Assembly (NCBI GenBank): GCA_039935735.1
Contig: JBDTJR010000138.1
Span: 1-47,984 of the forward strand
Length of the DNA: 47,984 nucleotides
Direction of reading: 5' to 3'
From: Chthoniobacterales bacterium
GTDB taxonomy: Bacteria; Verrucomicrobiota; Verrucomicrobiia; Chthoniobacterales; JBDTJR01
Below the pieces are notes generated by a model, which was not told the DNA's origin, ran no database searches, and saw only the letters and a program-made list of their open reading frames with translations. This document shows, piece by piece, positions 46,440 to 47,984 of the stretch (position 1 is its first letter; every line of letters begins with the position of its first letter). The position numbers were made by a program, and so were the translations under genes.

Positions 46440-47222
46440 TTGGCGAAAAACCGCCGCCGTAATAACAAGCGCCTCGATGCCACAGCGGCGGCGCGTACTA
46501 CGGTCATTCCCACGCATGTCCCCAAGCGATGGGTGAAATTTGTTGTCGCGATTTTTCTCATGCCACTCGCATGGGTGCTCACGGAAACTTTTTTCACGAT
46601 GTTCGCGCATACGACTGTCGAGGATCAGTTTTGGCGCACCGAGGAGTTTTATTTTTTCGCGCTCGGCTGTGTGTTGTGGATTATTGCCTTTGTCGGACTT
46701 CCGAGACCGATGTGGATTTATGTATTCGGTCATGAGCTGACGCACGCCATGGTTGTCTGGCTTATAGGCGGCGAGGTGAGTCGCTTCGAAGTCTCCGCAA
46801 AGGGCGGACATGTCATCACAAATCGCGTCAATACATGGGTTGCGCTCGCGCCTTATTTCGTCCCGATTTACAGCATTCTCTCCATTGTTTTGTGGGGGTG
46901 GGTTTCGCTGATTTATGATTTGTCCTCTTTTCGTGAGGCGCTCTTTGCTTTGATCGGCGCGGGCTGGGCGTTTCACCTTACCTTCACGATCATCATGATC
47001 CCTAAAGGCCAGACGGATCTGGAGTATGGCGGGCATTTTTTTTCGCTGATGGTGATTTACATCATGAATCTTTGCGTGATGACGGTGCTTGTCATCATTG
47101 CCTCGCCTAAAGTGACCTGGATGGGATTCGGTCGTGATTTCTTTCATAACACGGTGGATTTTTGTGTCATGGCGATGTCTCTCCTGAGGCATATCCCTCT
47201 CCATCTTCCCGGTGGCGCTTAG
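46440..47222 (+). CDS. polytopic membrane protein with HExxH motif (putative zinc metallopeptidase-like; family uncertain)
   Basis: 260 aa. Basic N-terminus, then at least 5 hydrophobic helices. GHELTHAM sits at the end of the second helix. Begins 14 bp after efp. The antisense ORF 46407..47297 is rejected in its favour. Confidence 0.55.
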   Translation: MAKNRRRNNKRLDATAAARTTVIPTHVPKRWVKFVVAIFLMPLAWVLTETFFTMFAHTTVEDQFWRTEEFYFFALGCVLWIIAFVGLPRPMWIYVFGHELTHAMVVWLIGGEVSRFEVSAKGGHVITNRVNTWVALAPYFVPIYSILSIVLWGWVSLIYDLSSFREALFALIGAGWAFHLTFTIIMIPKGQTDLEYGGHFFSLMVIYIMNLCVMTVLVIIASPKVTWMGFGRDFFHNTVDFCVMAMSLLRHIPLHLPGGA

Positions 47223-47223
47223 G

Positions 47224-47984
47224 ATGGATCGTGCGTCCGTAGCGGCAAAAATCACCGCTCTTTTTTCCGCAGGGCCGGTGACATTTGAGCGCTTCATGCA
47301 AGCCGCGCTTTATGATTCCGAGGTTGGCTACTACTCAAGCCGTATTCGCAGCGTCGGCGCACGAGGAGATTTTTCCACAGCGTCCACTCTGCATCCGATT
47401 CTTGGTGAAGCCATCGCGACATGGTTAAAGTCATTGCGAAAATCGCAACTGCAATCCCTCCATATTATCGAAATCGGCGCAGGAACAGGCGCGCTGGCAA
47501 AGGCGATACTCGACAAGCTCGGTTTTCTAACGCGTAGCCGGACGCACTATCACATCGTCGAAGTATCCGAGCCCTTGAAGGTCATTCAGGAGGAAACCTT
47601 GCACGGTCGATCCGTGCATTGGCATGCGGATATGAATGCCGCGCTTGCAGCATGTGATGGTATCGCTCACATTTTTTCAAACGAACTGCCGGATGCATTT
47701 CCTTGTCGGATTTTTGTTAAGACAAGCGCTCAATGGAACGAACTTGCATTGGAGTTACGCGAGGGAAATCCCGTCGAGGTTTTGATCCCGGTTTCTTCTT
47801 CGGAAAAGATACTCGAACAAATTGCAGCGCATCCTTTTCCCGATGGCCAGCGAATCGAAATCCAGGAAAGCTACCGCACATGGCTGAAATCCTGGCTTCC
47901 CGTATGGCGAAGCGGAGAGATGCTGACGATCGACTACGGCGATACCTTTCCCGGTCTTTATCACCGTCGTCCCCGCGGCACGGT
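47224..47984 (+). CDS. SAM-dependent methyltransferase, MidA/DUF185 (NDUFAF7-like) family, N-terminal part (continues beyond window)
   Basis: Hand-translated from ATG 47224: MDRASVAAKITALFSAGPVTFERFMQAALYDSEVGYYSS ... GARGDFSTAS ... IIEIGAGTGALAKAIL. The FxxFMxxALYxPxxGYY and GDFxTxxE blocks plus a Gly-rich SAM motif fit the MidA family. Open to the window end. Confidence 0.7.
   Translation, partial: MDRASVAAKITALFSAGPVTFERFMQAALYDSEVGYYSSRIRSVGARGDFSTASTLHPILGEAIATWLKSLRKSQLQSLHIIEIGAGTGALAKAILDKLGFLTRSRTHYHIVEVSEPLKVIQEETLHGRSVHWHADMNAALAACDGIAHIFSNELPDAFPCRIFVKTSAQWNELALELREGNPVEVLIPVSSSEKILEQIAAHPFPDGQRIEIQESYRTWLKSWLPVWRSGEMLTIDYGDTFPGLYHRRPRGT

Noticed and set aside
46407-47297. 296 aa minus-strand ORF (His/Arg-rich) overlapping the HExxH membrane protein gene
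   Set aside because: Low-complexity H/R/K-rich translation typical of the antisense frame of a hydrophobic membrane CDS. The plus-strand ORF has coherent TM helices and sits in the efp operon.
1-47984. Searched for tRNA/rRNA genes, CRISPR arrays, IS elements/integrases, toxin-antitoxin pairs and phage defence cassettes
   Set aside because: No T-loop/anticodon-arm-like structures or rRNA-like stretches seen. No regularly spaced direct repeats. No transposase/integrase-like translations. The window appears to be core chromosome.

Overview
This 48 kb window reads as a gene-dense bacterial chromosomal segment made almost entirely of housekeeping genes, about 55% GC, with 43 protein-coding genes that I can support on both strands. 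The gene content (long-form IspG, system II cytochrome c biogenesis CcsBA, a HemQ/Cld-family protein, split E1 alpha/beta pyruvate dehydrogenase, ScpAB, many lipobox lipoproteins) weakly suggests a PVC/Verrucomicrobia-like Gram-negative bacterium. That taxonomic guess is low confidence. I found no rRNA, tRNA, CRISPR array, transposase, integrase or obvious prophage or defence island, and no classical accessory region.

In order, the window contains:
- a partial nagA (its N-terminal end) on the minus strand;
- a minus-strand mdtA-mdtB-mdtC-type tripartite RND efflux operon with two tandem paralogous RND permeases, preceded by an MMPL/RND-superfamily exporter;
- uppP, a DUF2233 secreted protein, then a co-directional block hpf-scpA-scpB-pheA followed by a large protein with adenylate cyclase, STAND ATPase and TPR domains;
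- a minus-strand pdhA-pdhB-E2-lpdA operon;
- small membrane and lipoprotein genes, a DciA-like gene and a ferredoxin;
- a tight plus-strand trio of a HemQ/Cld-family gene, a LarE-like PP-loop ATPase and a membrane protein, directly beside ccsB-ccsA;
- pirin, msrA, rseP, ispG, a DUF2905 gene, a long orphan flotillin, an M29 aminopeptidase, rarA, uspA, a GT4 glycosyltransferase, kdsD and efp;
- then a membrane protein with an HExxH motif and a partial MidA/DUF185-family SAM methyltransferase.

The observations most worth a second look are:
1. efp-HExxH-MidA cluster: the EF-P here has Asn at the tip residue that is normally a modified Lys or Arg. It sits in an apparent operon with an uncharacterised HExxH membrane protein and a MidA-like (NDUFAF7-family) methyltransferase.
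2. Cyclase-STAND-TPR protein: a class III adenylyl cyclase with an intact catalytic site is fused to a STAND-type P-loop NTPase and TPR repeats.
3. Heme-related trio: the translationally coupled HemQ/LarE-like/membrane-protein genes lie next to the cytochrome c maturation genes.
4. Longest intergenic region: it is 386 bp and carries divergent promoter-like elements and a minus-strand intrinsic terminator, consistent with a roughly 60 nt small RNA.

Every functional call comes from reading motifs in the supplied translations. No database search was run, so family assignments are from recognised signature motifs and recalled homologues.
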